64,000 nucleotides of DNA. It comes from an uncultured Methanosarcinaceae archaeon. GTDB lineage: Archaea > Halobacteriota > Methanosarcinia > Methanosarcinales > Methanosarcinaceae. The stretch is taken from positions 192,001 to 256,000 of the forward strand of contig CAVTET010000003.1 of NCBI GenBank assembly GCA_963733675.1, written 5' to 3'. Below the pieces are notes generated by a model. That model saw only the letters and a program-made list of their open reading frames with translations. It ran no database searches and was not told where the DNA came from. Shown here one piece after another: positions 47,328-59,334 of this stretch; the first letter of the stretch is position 1; every line of letters begins with the position of its first letter. Both the position numbers and the translations under genes were made by a program.

Positions 47328-48492
47328 ATTCACAGAAAATAGATACCTCAGCCATTTCCAGATATCTTCGTCAAACTTTTTATTTTTTTGCTTTAATATT
47401 ATCTGAGGTGCTTTTAAGATACATCTAACGCAATTCAATTTAGCTATATCCTAAACTCTTAACTGAAAACCTTAAAAATAGCATGGGTTTTCTTTCTAGG
47501 TTCTACAATTTTCTCGAAGAAAGTGAATTAAAAATTTGCAAAAAATCTGATGTAAATACCTAAAAACATTGTTTCTTATAAAGATATTCTACTAAAATCG
47601 ATACTATTAATTTGTGATAAGATATTTCTTCAAAAATTAGTGTTTACTCATGGTATGCATAAAGTAATACGATATTATAATAGACATAACACTCGAGGCA
47701 TCGAATAAATTAAATTTTAACATGAGTATATATGCATTACCCACAGTTCCACTGCAAGAAGACAATGATCTCATTTCTTAGCTATGTACCTCAGAACCCA
47801 ATTATTCCATATTTTTTAGGAATAAGGTTATTTACTCTCGCCAGTGCTCAATAAATGCTAAAAAGCATTAAAAAATCAGAGCAAAATTCAATAAATACTC
47901 TTGCCATCAACTTTTAATGGAAATTAATTTGAGAAAATTATTTATATATAATTCTGAATTATCGCTCGACTTAAAAATCCTAGTTGGGAATTTTAATATG
48001 GGTAATTAGAAAACAATCTGGAGATGCAACTTAGTTACATTTAGAATAACTTTGTTTAAAATTAACTGAGTATAGTTTATCTATACATTTAGGTTTGTGA
48101 CTGTAGGTAATAGTGCGGTAAGAGTGATAGGTCGTCGATGTTGTGGATATGCATATATTTACAATGAAAAATTATTCATAAGCAAGCTATCTACATGCAA
48201 AGCTTAATTGATTTGGATTCGGTTAAAGTTCAAAACATCAAAAAGTATTATTTTTTATGCTACATATCCAGAAATTATGCTGGGAAATCAAGATACTTAG
48301 CACTGATAATAAATTGAATCCAGTCACATTTAATCTAAAGTGGGATTTTAATCATTTTTCATATTAGGTCAATAACTCACAGACATAACCCACAATTTTA
48401 ACATAGAATAATATTATTGATATTTAGTATCAGTAAATGTAATTCTAAGTCACCATGATAAAATAAGAAATATCATTGAGTCGTGGGAAATA

Positions 48493-49274
48493 ATGCCTAG
48501 TCACTACAACCTTGTCTCCTGGAATGTAAATGGTCTTCGGGCTGCAGTCAAAAAAACTTTCTTGATCTTTTGCTAGAGCAGAAGTTTGATGCCGTCTGCA
48601 TCCAAGAAATTAAAGCTTCTAATGACAAACTCCCGAGGGAAGTCAAGAATATTTCGGGCTACTTTAAATATTTCGTTTCAGCAGAACAGAAAGGCTACAG
48701 TGGAGTAGGAATTTTTTCAAAGAGAAAGCCCCTGAATGTTGAGACTGGAATGGGAATCGAGAAGTTCGATAAGGAAGGCCGCTTCCTCAGGGTCGATTAC
48801 GATGACTTTACCTTAATGAATATTTACTTTCCGAATGGAAAAGCCTCTCCAGAGCGCTTGGACTATAAGATGGCCTTTTATAATTCCTTTTTTGACTACG
48901 CAAATACCCTAAAATCCAAAAGGAGAAAACTTGTCATTTGCGGTGATTTTAACACTGCCCATAAAGAAATTGATCTCTCCCATCCCAGAGAAAACAAGAC
49001 TAGTTCGGGTTTTCTTCCAGAAGAAAGGGCTTGGATAGACAAGTTCCTTGATGCAGGATACATTGACACATTTCGCATGTTCAACACAAATGGTGGAAAC
49101 TATTCTTGGTGGTCAATAAGAACTAGGGCTCGCGAAAGAAATATAGGTTGGCGGCTTGATTACTTTTTTGTCAGCGAAAATCTTCAAAAAAATATAAAAT
49201 CTGCTCCAATTTATTCCGAAATCACAGGCTCAGATCACTGTCCTGTAGGGCTTGAACTTGAATTCAATGTTTAA
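48493..49274 (+). pseudogene. xth: Exodeoxyribonuclease III / AP endonuclease, frameshifted in an A7 run
   Basis: ATG 48493 gives MPSHYNLVSWNVNGLRAAVKK; frame breaks at the A7 run 48550-48556; remainder (QEIK, YFPNG, GDFN, WRLDY, SDHCP) is in the -1 frame. Confidence 0.88.
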
Positions 49275-50260
49275 CGTTTTCTTTTATAATTTTCCCTTTC
49301 ATTTGAAGAATTATATGTGTCTACTTGAAAGAAAAGAAACAGATCTCTTTTTCACGAAAGAAAATCGGGGAGCAAAACTCGGATAAAAAATTCAAATTAC
49401 ATCGAATGAGCTTAAGGCCTCAGTTCCAAAATCCAGCGATGAACGTAAAAATTGAAAGTCAATGTATTTTAAAATTGGTTACAACCCTTGAACCGAGATT
49501 TCTCAGATGTACATAGATATAGAATTTGTGTCCCATATCTGTTATAATTCATGATATAAGAACCACATGATTTTCGTGCTAATTAGTTTAAGTTAGTACT
49601 ATTTAGAACATATGCAAAAAAACCACTTTATGCCATGTTCAGCTAATATATCATGATCCATAAATGCACTCTGGCATAGATTCCGAAATAAAATGTTTTA
49701 GTGTAGTTATGAATCTGAAAGTGAAAAATAGTTACGTAACTCTCCAGATCATCTACCTGGCTGCATATACCCCTTTACTGCAGTTTATAGGATCTAGTTT
49801 TATGATACATCATTGATGATTATAAGGCATCTGCTGTTAAATGCTGTTGTCACTGCTAAGTATTGAAATTCCAAATTTCGTGGATATACTGGGATCAGAG
49901 AAATGAAGAATCTCAGGAATAAGAAGGACAGCAACCTTTAAAATAAAAAAACTTATATTTTTCAAATTTTACACTCGAGTTTCATAGATATCTTACCCTG
50001 CACTAAATAAGAGCAGCTTCTTCAATTTGATGTAAATAAAAATAATTTTTGAACTATCCGTTATTTGAATATCCACTAATATATGAATGATGTTTTCATG
50101 ACCAAATTTCATTGTAACAATTGTTTGCGTTTTCATTAATTTAAGCAGAATCTGCTCTTGTCTACCGTAATGCGAAACAAAAAAACTGAGAAACGGCTAA
50201 GAGTATTCTGGCACTAACATCAACCACAAAATATAAACAACAAATGAACTCCTTTTTCAA

Positions 50261-50698
50261 TTAAATCGATAGCTTCGAAGATTTTTTATTTTCTATGACG
50301 AATCTTTTGAAGAAATCTCTAAAATAAGGAGGAACTGTGTTCATCTTCAGAATAGTATCAAGTGATATCCATGAATACTCTATATGCTCATTGCTCAACT
50401 TTATATCTGCAATAACGTATCCACCATCGTATACTATGGCAATAACTTTTTTATCCGGAAGCTCAAAGGTGACATATCCTGCAATATTCCCAGGGTTAAT
50501 TGAAATCCCGGTCTCTTCCCCTACCTCCCGCGCAACAGCTTCCTCAAGGAGTTCTCTATGATTTAGTTTTCCTCCTGGCAGATCCCACTTGCCTGGGTTT
50601 GAGTGAGAATTTTGCGATCGCCTTAGAAGCAGAAATTCGCCTTTCTCATTCCGTAAAATGGCATATATGGAAATAATGTATGGTTTCTCCAGATTCAT
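50261..50698 (-). CDS. NUDIX hydrolase (MutT-like)
   Basis: WDLPGGKL...E.LEEAVAREVGEETGI Nudix box. Confidence 0.9.
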   Translation of the reverse strand: MNLEKPYIISIYAILRNEKGEFLLLRRSQNSHSNPGKWDLPGGKLNHRELLEEAVAREVGEETGISINPGNIAGYVTFELPDKKVIAIVYDGGYVIADIKLSNEHIEYSWISLDTILKMNTVPPYFRDFFKRFVIENKKSSKLSI

Positions 50699-51441
50699 GT
50701 AATAATATTTGAGGTTTCTTTGTCTTAAAAACTATCTTTCTAAAATCTTAAATTATATTCACTCCTTAAATTGAGGTGCTTCTTTAATATATGAGACTTT
50801 TATTATTTTCGGGGTTTTTGAATGATTGCAGTCAATTGCCAGTTGAATTAATGGCAAATTTTAGCAATCCTAGATGCATTAAAAATCCTCTTCTATTAAG
50901 ACAATCTAATAAGTGTTTTTAAAGCCATCTAAGGCAATGTTGTCTTGCTATGCACTAAAAGTAACTCATCCAGGTTAACTAAAAAAATAATCACTAACAG
51001 TAAATTTAAGCCTAATGACACTTAATTTTCAATAATTTATACGAGTCTAATTATTTTTTTTATAATTTGCTCTGCAGCATGCATGATTTTCTGTAAAATC
51101 GCAAATCTTAATAAATTATTGAGTAGATAAATTACGGATATGAAGAACCAAATTACACACAGTAAACAAAAATTTGACGTCGAATTTGCAGCAAATCACG
51201 TTATTACTAGTAATGATTCTACTTTCTCACAAAATTCATCATATATCTGCAGTCGTGCCAGATTTTTCGTATTGTAATTAACAAACATAGCTTATATCGT
51301 AGTTTTTTACTTTTTGGATAATCTCTTAAGCAGGTGAGCTAAAAAATAAATAGCATAAAACCTTTAACTGTCAAAAGCAAAAGTTAAACTACATGTCTGA
51401 GTACTTGATTTTGTACTTAAAAGTCCTAGTCTGATAAAAAA

Positions 51442-52018
51442 ATGGAGCAAGGAATTGATATCTTCCGCCTGTTGAATGAAATAAAGGCATCCAGTAGTTA
51501 TCAAAACCAGATCGTACATATAGAGAAGATTCCCGCCAGTGAAGCCCTTTACACGCCACTTAAACTGGGAAAAAAAGTAGAAGCTGCCCTTTCAGAATTA
51601 GGGATCGAAGATCTGTACTCCCACCAGATAGAAGCCATCGATAAAATCCGAGAAGGAAAAAACATCGTGCTTTGCACAATCACAGCAAGTGGAAAGTCCC
51701 TAACATACCTGGTCCCGATTTTTGAAACTATCCTCGATGACCTGAAAGCAACTGCACTTTATATTTCTCCTTTAAACGCCCTTGTAAATGATCAGTTAAA
51801 GGCTTCTGTGGAATTCGAAGAAACATTAAGATCAGGGGCAGGCATAGCCCGTTATACCGGAGAACTTAGTGAGTTCCAGAAAAAAAGTCAGGGAAGGACA
51901 GAAGAATATTGTTTTCACAAATCCTGAAATGGTTCACATGAGTTTTCTTGCCTGGCACCATCTATGGAGGAGTTCTTTCTCAAACCTCAAATTCATAGTA
52001 GTTGATGAGAGCCATTAT
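51442..52018 (+). pseudogene. DEAD/DEAH helicase (Hrq1/MrfA-like N-terminus), frameshifted and truncated by IS6
   Basis: LYSHQ.EAI (Q motif), TASGKS, P.NALVNDQ; frameshift at the A7 run 51880-51886; TNPEM.H, VVDESHY, then the IS6 TIR at 52019. Confidence 0.88.
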
Positions 52019-52873
52019 GGTTCCGTTGCAAAAACTTCAACAAAATATGTAAATCTATAAGTGATTAATAAAAATCAAAACATTCAAGGAAAATGTACTA
52101 ACATTATAAAACTATACCAAATAATTGATTAATGTATTTGACTTCATTAAGAACAGAGTAATTTAAATCGATTACTTGTCCTTTTTTGATCATATTTATA
52201 GCTTCAATTCCTTTTAAAGTCTTATTAGCAGATCGAAAAGACTGAAATCCTAACATTGGATTAACGATTCTCTTTATAGATCTGTGATCTTGTTCTATAA
52301 TGTTATTCAAATACTTGATTTGTCGAATGCCTACGTTTTTAGGTAGTATTTTATCAATTTTTAGTTTATCTATAGCAGGTGGATAAGCTGGATTCTTATC
52401 AACGGTTATTAATCTTGGAATTTGATTATGGTTAGAACTTAAAGCTTTCTTAAAGAATCTCTTCGCTGCCTTTCTATCTCGTTTTGAACTTAACATGAAA
52501 TCAATTGTATCTCCATTTGAGTCAACTGCTCGGTAAAAATATTTCCATTTACCTTTTACTTTGATATAGGTTTCATCAACTCTCCACGAATCATTTGTTG
52601 GTCTTAAATGTCTTCTTATCTTCTTTTCTATTTCAGGGGAATATTGATGTACCCATCTCATGATTGTTGTATGGTCGACTTTTACTCCCCTTTCTGCCAT
52701 CATTTCCTTTAAATTTCTATAACTTAATGCATATTTTAAGTACCATCTTACATTCAATAAGATAATTTCCCCTTCATAATGCTTCCATTTAAAGGAATTA
52801 GATAGCATGTTACTATCTTTGGTTTTCTTTTTATTCTATTGTATCATTAGAAAGGATTTTTTGCAACGGAACC
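52019..52873 (-). mobile_element. IS6-family insertion sequence, 855 bp, copy 2
   Basis: Same TIRs and orientation as copy 1; no target duplication. Confidence 0.95.
52104..52808 (-). CDS. IS6-family DDE transposase (protein identical to copy 1)
   Basis: Identical translation in the ORF track. Confidence 0.95.
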   Translation of the reverse strand: MLSNSFKWKHYEGEIILLNVRWYLKYALSYRNLKEMMAERGVKVDHTTIMRWVHQYSPEIEKKIRRHLRPTNDSWRVDETYIKVKGKWKYFYRAVDSNGDTIDFMLSSKRDRKAAKRFFKKALSSNHNQIPRLITVDKNPAYPPAIDKLKIDKILPKNVGIRQIKYLNNIIEQDHRSIKRIVNPMLGFQSFRSANKTLKGIEAINMIKKGQVIDLNYSVLNEVKYINQLFGIVL

Positions 52874-52890
52874 AAAAGTCTCCAGAGCTA

Positions 52891-53670
52891 TTAAGTAAAA
52901 TCTGTAATCAGAGTCTGTCTTTTGTCTCTTTCCCTTAGTTTTGTGACTCCTATCCATACAAGCCTGAATTTTTGCCTTCCAATAAATTCCGAAAGAAGTT
53001 GGACATTGCAATTTGCTAGTTCTTCTACTTCGGTTATTCCCATCTCTTTTAAGGCTTCAGTTGTTTTATTCCCTATTCCGGGGATTTTTGAAACTTTTAA
53101 CGGAAAAAGAAAGGCTCTGGCCTCTTCAGGCCTAACAATTGTAAGCCCGTCAGGTTTCTGATATCCAGAAGCAATCTTTGAAATAAGCTTATTTGGCCCG
53201 ACTCCTACAGAACAGGTAATTCTTTCCTGCCTCTGGACTTCATCCTTAATTCTAAGGGCATAGATAGCAGCCTCCTCAAACTTCCTGACCTCAGGCCCCG
53301 GTAAAAGATAGGCTTCATCCACACTGACTTGCTGGAACTTTTCAGCAAAACCTTTAAAAATTTCCATTACATTTGCCGAAACTCTACCATAAAGCTTCAT
53401 ATTTACAGGTAAAAAGACAGCATCAGGACAGAGCCTGTAGGCCTGTGAAATTGGCATTGCAGAATGGATTCCATATTCTCTTGCCTCATATGAACACGTG
53501 CTCACAACTCCTCTGCCTGATCCTCCTTTAGGGTCAGAGCCTACAATCACTGGCAGTCCCTTCAATGTTGGCCTTTCTCTGACCTCTACAGATGCAAAAA
53601 AGCTATCCATGTCTATATGGAAGATAATATGCCTTTCGAAATTGTTTACTTTGGGATTAAGGGTAAGCAT
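52891..53670 (-). CDS. dinB: DNA polymerase IV (Y family) with an apparent in-frame loss of most of the little-finger domain
   Basis: HIDMDSFFASVE, SYEAR..G..SAM, SVDEAYL, AS..QKPDG, IPGIG; only 259 aa, jumping from the thumb to the C-terminal RLV.IGV motif. Confidence 0.88.
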   Translation of the reverse strand: MLTLNPKVNNFERHIIFHIDMDSFFASVEVRERPTLKGLPVIVGSDPKGGSGRGVVSTCSYEAREYGIHSAMPISQAYRLCPDAVFLPVNMKLYGRVSANVMEIFKGFAEKFQQVSVDEAYLLPGPEVRKFEEAAIYALRIKDEVQRQERITCSVGVGPNKLISKIASGYQKPDGLTIVRPEEARAFLFPLKVSKIPGIGNKTTEALKEMGITEVEELANCNVQLLSEFIGRQKFRLVWIGVTKLRERDKRQTLITDFT

Positions 53671-53859
53671 TGTAGTAATATGAGATAAAAAACATAAAAA
53701 GGTTTGAGGAAGTTAGGTGAAAGTATTCATGTGATTAGGATTTACTGGCCCAAATTGAAAATCGACAGCAAGGGTATTTATTGAATTTTGCTATGCTTTT
53801 TAATACTCTTTTTGCATTTACTAGTGGTAATCGGTCATATTTTATATATTTCTATATGA

Positions 53860-53991
53860 TGTAGAATAGCCGAGTTCAGAAAAGCATAGATTGAAGAGAG
53901 AAATGAAAATGGAAAAATTGATGGGAATTCAGATTTTTCTGCTATGTAAGGCTTGTATGGAAACGGTTATGTTAGATCTATTCTTCCACAT
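53860..53991. mobile_element. Possible MITE scar
   Basis: tgtagaatag ... ctattcttccaca imperfect terminal inverted repeat. Confidence 0.25.
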
Positions 53992-54142
53992 TAAAAACTG
54001 CGGTTGAGAACAATAGTCGATAGTGGAGCAGACTGTATAAGAAAAAGCACTGCAATCGAGCAGGATATCACAGGGTTCTATTAATTACCCACAACTGAAC
54101 TTGGGGTATTTTCGACCTTTTGCACACTCATAGGACATTTTT

Positions 54143-54937
54143 TCAAAAGTTTTTCCCGTAAAGCTCTTTATTTACGAGTCCGTACTCATCAAAGGCTGTC
54201 CTTAAGCTTGCGAGAATGCTGAGGGTTGTGCTCAGGAGAGTTGAGACATAAATTGCTATCATGATGGCAATCTGATACTTAATGGCAACAAGCGGGCTTG
54301 CTCCCCCAAGGATTTGCCCTGTCATCATCCCAGGCAAAGCAACAATCCCAATTGAATAAATGTTTGCAAGGGTGGGTTTTACTGCAGACCTCAGACTTTT
54401 TCGCAGGTATGGAAGAACAGCCTCATACATATCTGCTCCAATGGATAAGCTGTAAAGGTAGCGATTTTCGTTCCGCTTGATATTGGTATAAAAGTCACCT
54501 ATCCCTGCCACATTTCCTCGAAGCGCATTTCCAAGCAACATACCCGCTATAGGGATCAAGTAGCGTGCATCAAGGAGATTATCAAGATTGATCACGAATT
54601 TATTAACATACAAAAGGACCGCCAGGTTTGAAAAGGCAATGGATAAAATGATAGGCACAAAGAGTTTTTTTACATTCAAGTCGGCACTTTTTATTGTCGT
54701 ATAGGACGCAAAGAAGATCATTACTCCTACCCAGGCCAGGTTCAGAAACCCGCTGTTCAGGCTAAAAATGAAGTTAAGAAAGAGGCCTGCAAGAAAGAGC
54801 TGTATAGACATCCTACAGACAGCTGCCAGAGTGCTTTTTTCGAGTTCAAGCCTAATTTTCCGGCTTATGAAAATCGGAATTGCAAGTAAGAAAAAACAGA
54901 AAACTAATGAGGTATAGCTTATATCATAAATTGGCAT
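54143..54937 (-). CDS. ABC transporter permease, UPF0014 (FetB/YbbM-like)
   Basis: R..IQL.L.G, IPIAGMLLGN, GIVALPGMMTGQILGGASPL.AIKYQI. Confidence 0.9.
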   Translation of the reverse strand: MPIYDISYTSLVFCFFLLAIPIFISRKIRLELEKSTLAAVCRMSIQLFLAGLFLNFIFSLNSGFLNLAWVGVMIFFASYTTIKSADLNVKKLFVPIILSIAFSNLAVLLYVNKFVINLDNLLDARYLIPIAGMLLGNALRGNVAGIGDFYTNIKRNENRYLYSLSIGADMYEAVLPYLRKSLRSAVKPTLANIYSIGIVALPGMMTGQILGGASPLVAIKYQIAIMIAIYVSTLLSTTLSILASLRTAFDEYGLVNKELYGKNF

Positions 54938-55005
54938 CTTTGAGTCTTCTTGGATGTTGGTTTTTTTGTTTATTTATCTAGTTTGAGGATTGGTCCTGGC
55001 AGCTT

Positions 55006-55657
55006 CTAATGATCTTTTTCAAGATCTATTTTTTCGATCCAATCGCACTCCCATTCCCGATCATGGGATATTACCAGAAGTGTCCAGTTTTCCTGGGCAA
55101 GGAAATAATCAGCCACCGTCTTTTTTAAGTTCACATCAAGAGCAAGAAGTGACCTCATCGAGCAGATATATATCCCTGTTCAGGAGGAGGGCAATGAGGA
55201 TTCCTATTCGCTGCTTTTCTCTGCCCGAAAATTCTTGAAAATTCTTGTCAAGAATATCATCTTCTAGCCCCAGCTCCAGCATGAAAACCCGCCGTTTCTC
55301 AGAGTCCAGCTTATCTCTATTTGCTCTGTAAAAAAAGATATCATTTAACAGATTTTTTACCTTTCCTTCCCCAAGATCTGTATCCTGTACCACGTAAGCG
55401 ATCTTCTGTCTGGCTTCCCAGCATGTCTTGGAGTTAATTATCCGATTCTGAAAGTAAAGTGTACCTTCCACAGGCTTTGTAAAGCCCAGCAACATTTTTA
55501 AAAGAGTGGTTTTCCCGGTCCCGGATTTTCCTCGCAAAAGGATTGTTTGTTTTTTCTTTACACTAAGGTTGAAACCTGAAAGAACTTTTTTGTTTTCAAA
55601 CGAGATTCCTATATTTTCGTATTTTATCAGTTCGTTATTTAATGGCTCAACAGACAT
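55006..55657 (-). pseudogene. ABC ATPase (FetA/YbbL-like), +1 frameshift at the D-loop
   Basis: GKSGTGKTT, FSGREKQR, LLDEVTS; one extra T near 55145, after which ALDVNLKK..LVISHD continues to a TAG at 55006. Confidence 0.82.
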
Positions 55658-55742
55658 ATTCTTAATCTCTCGATTTTGTGGGATATTAATATTACTTGGC
55701 TAAAGAACAAGTTCAGAGAATATACGTTCGGTTTTCAATTTA

Positions 55743-56396
55743 TCATGCGCTTTTTGGATCACGTTTGCTCTGAATATATGTGACAACACCTGGAAGTAGT
55801 GAAACAAAAATTATCCCAATTATTACAAAGCTGAAGTTATCTTTTACAACTGGCAAGTTCCCAAAAAGATATCCTCCAAAAAGGAATGCAGATACCCATG
55901 CTACTCCACCGATGACGTTATAGCTAATGAATTTTGAATAGGGCATTATTCCCACACCTGCTACAAAAGGTGCAAAAGTGCGGATAATAGGAATAAAGCG
56001 GGCTATGATTATCGTTTTAACACCATATTTTTCAAAGAATAAGTATGTACGATCAAGATGGTCCTGTTTAATAAACCGCATTTTTTCGTGACTTGCTACT
56101 CTATTTCTTAAAAAATGACCTATATGATAATTTACAGCGTCTCCTGTAATGGCTGCAAGACATAGAACAACTAATATAATAACTAAGTTGAGCGATCCGC
56201 TGGCAGCCAGAGCTCCAGTTGCAAAGATTAGAGAATCCCCCGGTAAGAAAGGAGTTATCACCAGACCTGTTTCACAAAAAACAATCACAAACAACAGAAA
56301 ATATATCAGCAGACCATATTCATTTGTAATTGCGCTTAAGTGCGTGTCAAGATGCATTAACAGGTCTATAAAAAAATTTAAATTTTTCATATGCAC
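55743..56396 (-). CDS. dedA: DedA-family membrane protein
   Basis: ETGLVITPFLPGDSL, GD.VNY.IG, ARFIPIIRTFAPFVAG. Confidence 0.92.
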   Translation of the reverse strand: MHMKNLNFFIDLLMHLDTHLSAITNEYGLLIYFLLFVIVFCETGLVITPFLPGDSLIFATGALAASGSLNLVIILVVLCLAAITGDAVNYHIGHFLRNRVASHEKMRFIKQDHLDRTYLFFEKYGVKTIIIARFIPIIRTFAPFVAGVGIMPYSKFISYNVIGGVAWVSAFLFGGYLFGNLPVVKDNFSFVIIGIIFVSLLPGVVTYIQSKRDPKSA

Positions 56397-57289
56397 ACTT
56401 TATGAAATATCTGTTACTTATAATATTGGCTGGAAAAAATTATTTCCAGCTTGATGTTTTTCGTTGTCTATTTTCATACGATTAATAACTACATCTATAA
56501 ACTAGTACTGCGATTCCAAAGTATGTTTACAAGCCTGGATTTAGAATAAGTCTACCGATCACTTCCCGTAACAGATAATGACAATAACATGGTTTGAGTT
56601 TTCAGTCAACGAGATGTCGTGAAGCTAAAACTTAATTTCTCGGAATGAGAAACAATCTTCGGGATGTCAACCACCGCGAGTAATCACTGACGATTTGCAG
56701 CAATATATATAATGGATTTAAGGGAATAAAAGAAAGTTTAGAAATTGGGTCCTGGACTTTCTCTTCAGGCTTCCCACATATTTCTCCTTAAAAGTATTAT
56801 TTTTCATAATTTTTACCATCGAACTTATTGTCTTTGTTTAATTTTATTTAAGTTTGTAATTTGAATTACCTTTTTTAGTCAACGTTTATTTTTTACTTCT
56901 GTACTAATGGTAAGCTCAGGTGGTGTATTACATTTCTTTTTAAAGCTTTCCAATAATGAAAAAATTATTTTTTCACTTTTACTGGATCCTATTAATTAAA
57001 AAAATTCTGTAACTATTCAGTGTAAGTTAGTGGTTGTGGTGCAAAAATAATATTTCCGCAGTTTGATACTATAATTCTTACCTTTATGTACCATTTTACA
57101 GGTGATAAAAATGATTAACTCTCTTAATTGTGAAGGTTTACACTGATTTTGCAACAAAGCAAGATTTTTTGCATCACAACCTTTAATATTATTGCGTAAA
57201 TAAAAATTTTGTAGAACTTGCGTGATCGAGGTGGAAAATCAATAACATAAAACCTGTAACTGTATAAGATTTAAATTTAAATAATTATG

Positions 57290-58651
57290 TTTATCGTATT
57301 TGATTTGTCCTCCAAGTGCGCAAGTCCTACATTTGTATTCGGTTAAGATACTATATACCAAAAATGTGTTATTTTCGTTGCCGTCTCTGTAAGCCTATAA
57401 ATGTAAATCGAGATCTCTTGGCTTGTGCAATATTGCATCTATTTTAGAATCTAAAGGCATAACCACAAAAATCATCGATATGGATTTGGAAAATATAAGC
57501 CTATCTGAACTAAGGCAAATAATTATTGACCTAGATCCCTATATAATTGGAATTACGTCTTTAACTTGTAACCATATTAACGCCATAAATATAGCTAGAA
57601 CGGTCAAATCAAGCAAGCAAGATGCTATGGTGATCTATGGTGGTGTGCATGCAACCTTTATGCATAAGGAGATATTGGAAACAGTTCCCGAGGTAGATAT
57701 CGTAGTTCGCTATGAAGGTGAATATACGATGTGTGATATCATCATGCCATAGAGGATTGAAGAACTTTAGGCTGTGTGGACGGAATAACCTATAGAGATG
57801 AGGACAAAATAATCACTAACCCCTTACGGCAAAGAATTGAAGATTTAGATGCACTACAGTTTCCTGCGCTTCATTTATTAGAGCCGTCAATTGAAAATTA
57901 CATAGGCAAAGGTGAGAAAAGGGGTCTTCCAATGATAACCACTTGAGGATGTCCTTTCGAATGTATATTCTACTCCACCACAGTTCTCCACGGCCGCAAA
58001 TACCGCACGAGAAGTGTTGAAAATGTTGTAGATGAGATCGAATATTTGCAGAAGAGATATAACTTAAATGTGATATCCTTTGTAGATGATAATTTCACAA
58101 TGCAAAATGATAGGATTTTTGATCTTTGTAATGAGATTAAGAAAAGGAACCTTGCGATAGAGTGGGGCTGTAGCACAAGGGTGGATCTATTATCTGAGGA
58201 TTTGCTAGAAGCAATGAAATCTGCTGGCTGTGGAAATATATTCTTTGGCATTGAATCAGCCTCTCAAGAAGTCCTAGATACGATTAGAAAAGGATTCAAT
58301 ATCGATAGAGCAAAGGAGGTAGTAAGATTAGCTGAAAGTTTAGGCATAAAGACTCATTGTTCATTCATCATCGGATTACCTAATGAGACAACAGAATCGC
58401 TGAATAAAATGGTGGAATTTATTCAAGAGATTAAGCCTTCTGCCAGAGTGTTGCCAAATATTTTGGAGATACTCCCAGGTACCGAGATTTGGGAGTTTAG
58501 AGATAAATATTTCGCAAAAACGACAGAAATTTCAGCTGCAGATATTACGAGAGTCCAACTGGAACTTTATTTTAAGTTTTATGAAATTAACGTTAAAACA
58601 AATGAATTACATAGGATACTACCACCAGAAATAGAAATAATCGGTGAATGA
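57290..58651 (+). pseudogene. B12-binding radical SAM enzyme pseudogene
   Basis: B12-domain GGVHAT..EGE; frameshift near 57745; in-frame TGA; SAM motif degraded to T*GCPFECIFY (third Cys lost); FVDDNFT, FGIES, FIIGLP; start approximate. Confidence 0.85.
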
Positions 58652-58736
58652 AAGGAACGGTTAATATGCAAAGATTTAACGAGGTTAACTTTTGCCAACA
58701 TCTTGATAAATGCTTTTTTGTAAAACAGATATTTCT

Positions 58737-59315
58737 GGTTCCGTTGCAAAAATTTCAAAATAACCATGTAAATCTATAAGTAATGAATAAAAATCAAAAT
58801 ATTCGAGGAAAATGTACCAACATTATAAAACTATACCAAATAATTGATTAATATATTTGACTTCATTAAGAACAGAGTAATTTAGATTATTGACTTGTCT
58901 TTTTTGATCATATTCATAGCTTCAATTCCTTTTAAGGTCTTATCAGCAGATCGAAAAGACTGAAAACCTAGCATTGGAGCAATTATCCGCTTTATAGACC
59001 TGTGATCTTGTTCTATAATGTTATTCAAGTACCTCACTTGCCTAATTTCAACGTTTTTAGACAAGTTCTTCTCATTTTTCAGTTCATTCATAGCTATCGG
59101 ATATGCTGCATTTTTATCAACAGTTATTACTCTTGACATTTGATTATAATTAAAACTCAAAGCTTTCTTAAAGAATCTTTTGCTGCTTTTCTATCTCGTT
59201 TTGAACTTAACATGAAATCAATTGTGTTTCCATCTGAGTCAACTGCTCGGTAAAGATAGTTCCATTTACCTTTTACTTTGATATAGGTTTCATCAACTCT
59301 CCATGAATCATCTGT
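58737..59315 (-). mobile_element. Partial diverged IS6 copy (3' part of transposase with one TIR)
   Basis: GGTTCCGTTGCAAAAA at 58737; DSWRVDETY and YLNNIIEQDHR with frameshifts; similarity ends near 59315. Confidence 0.88.
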
Positions 59316-59334
59316 GGATCAGTACATTTTGTGC

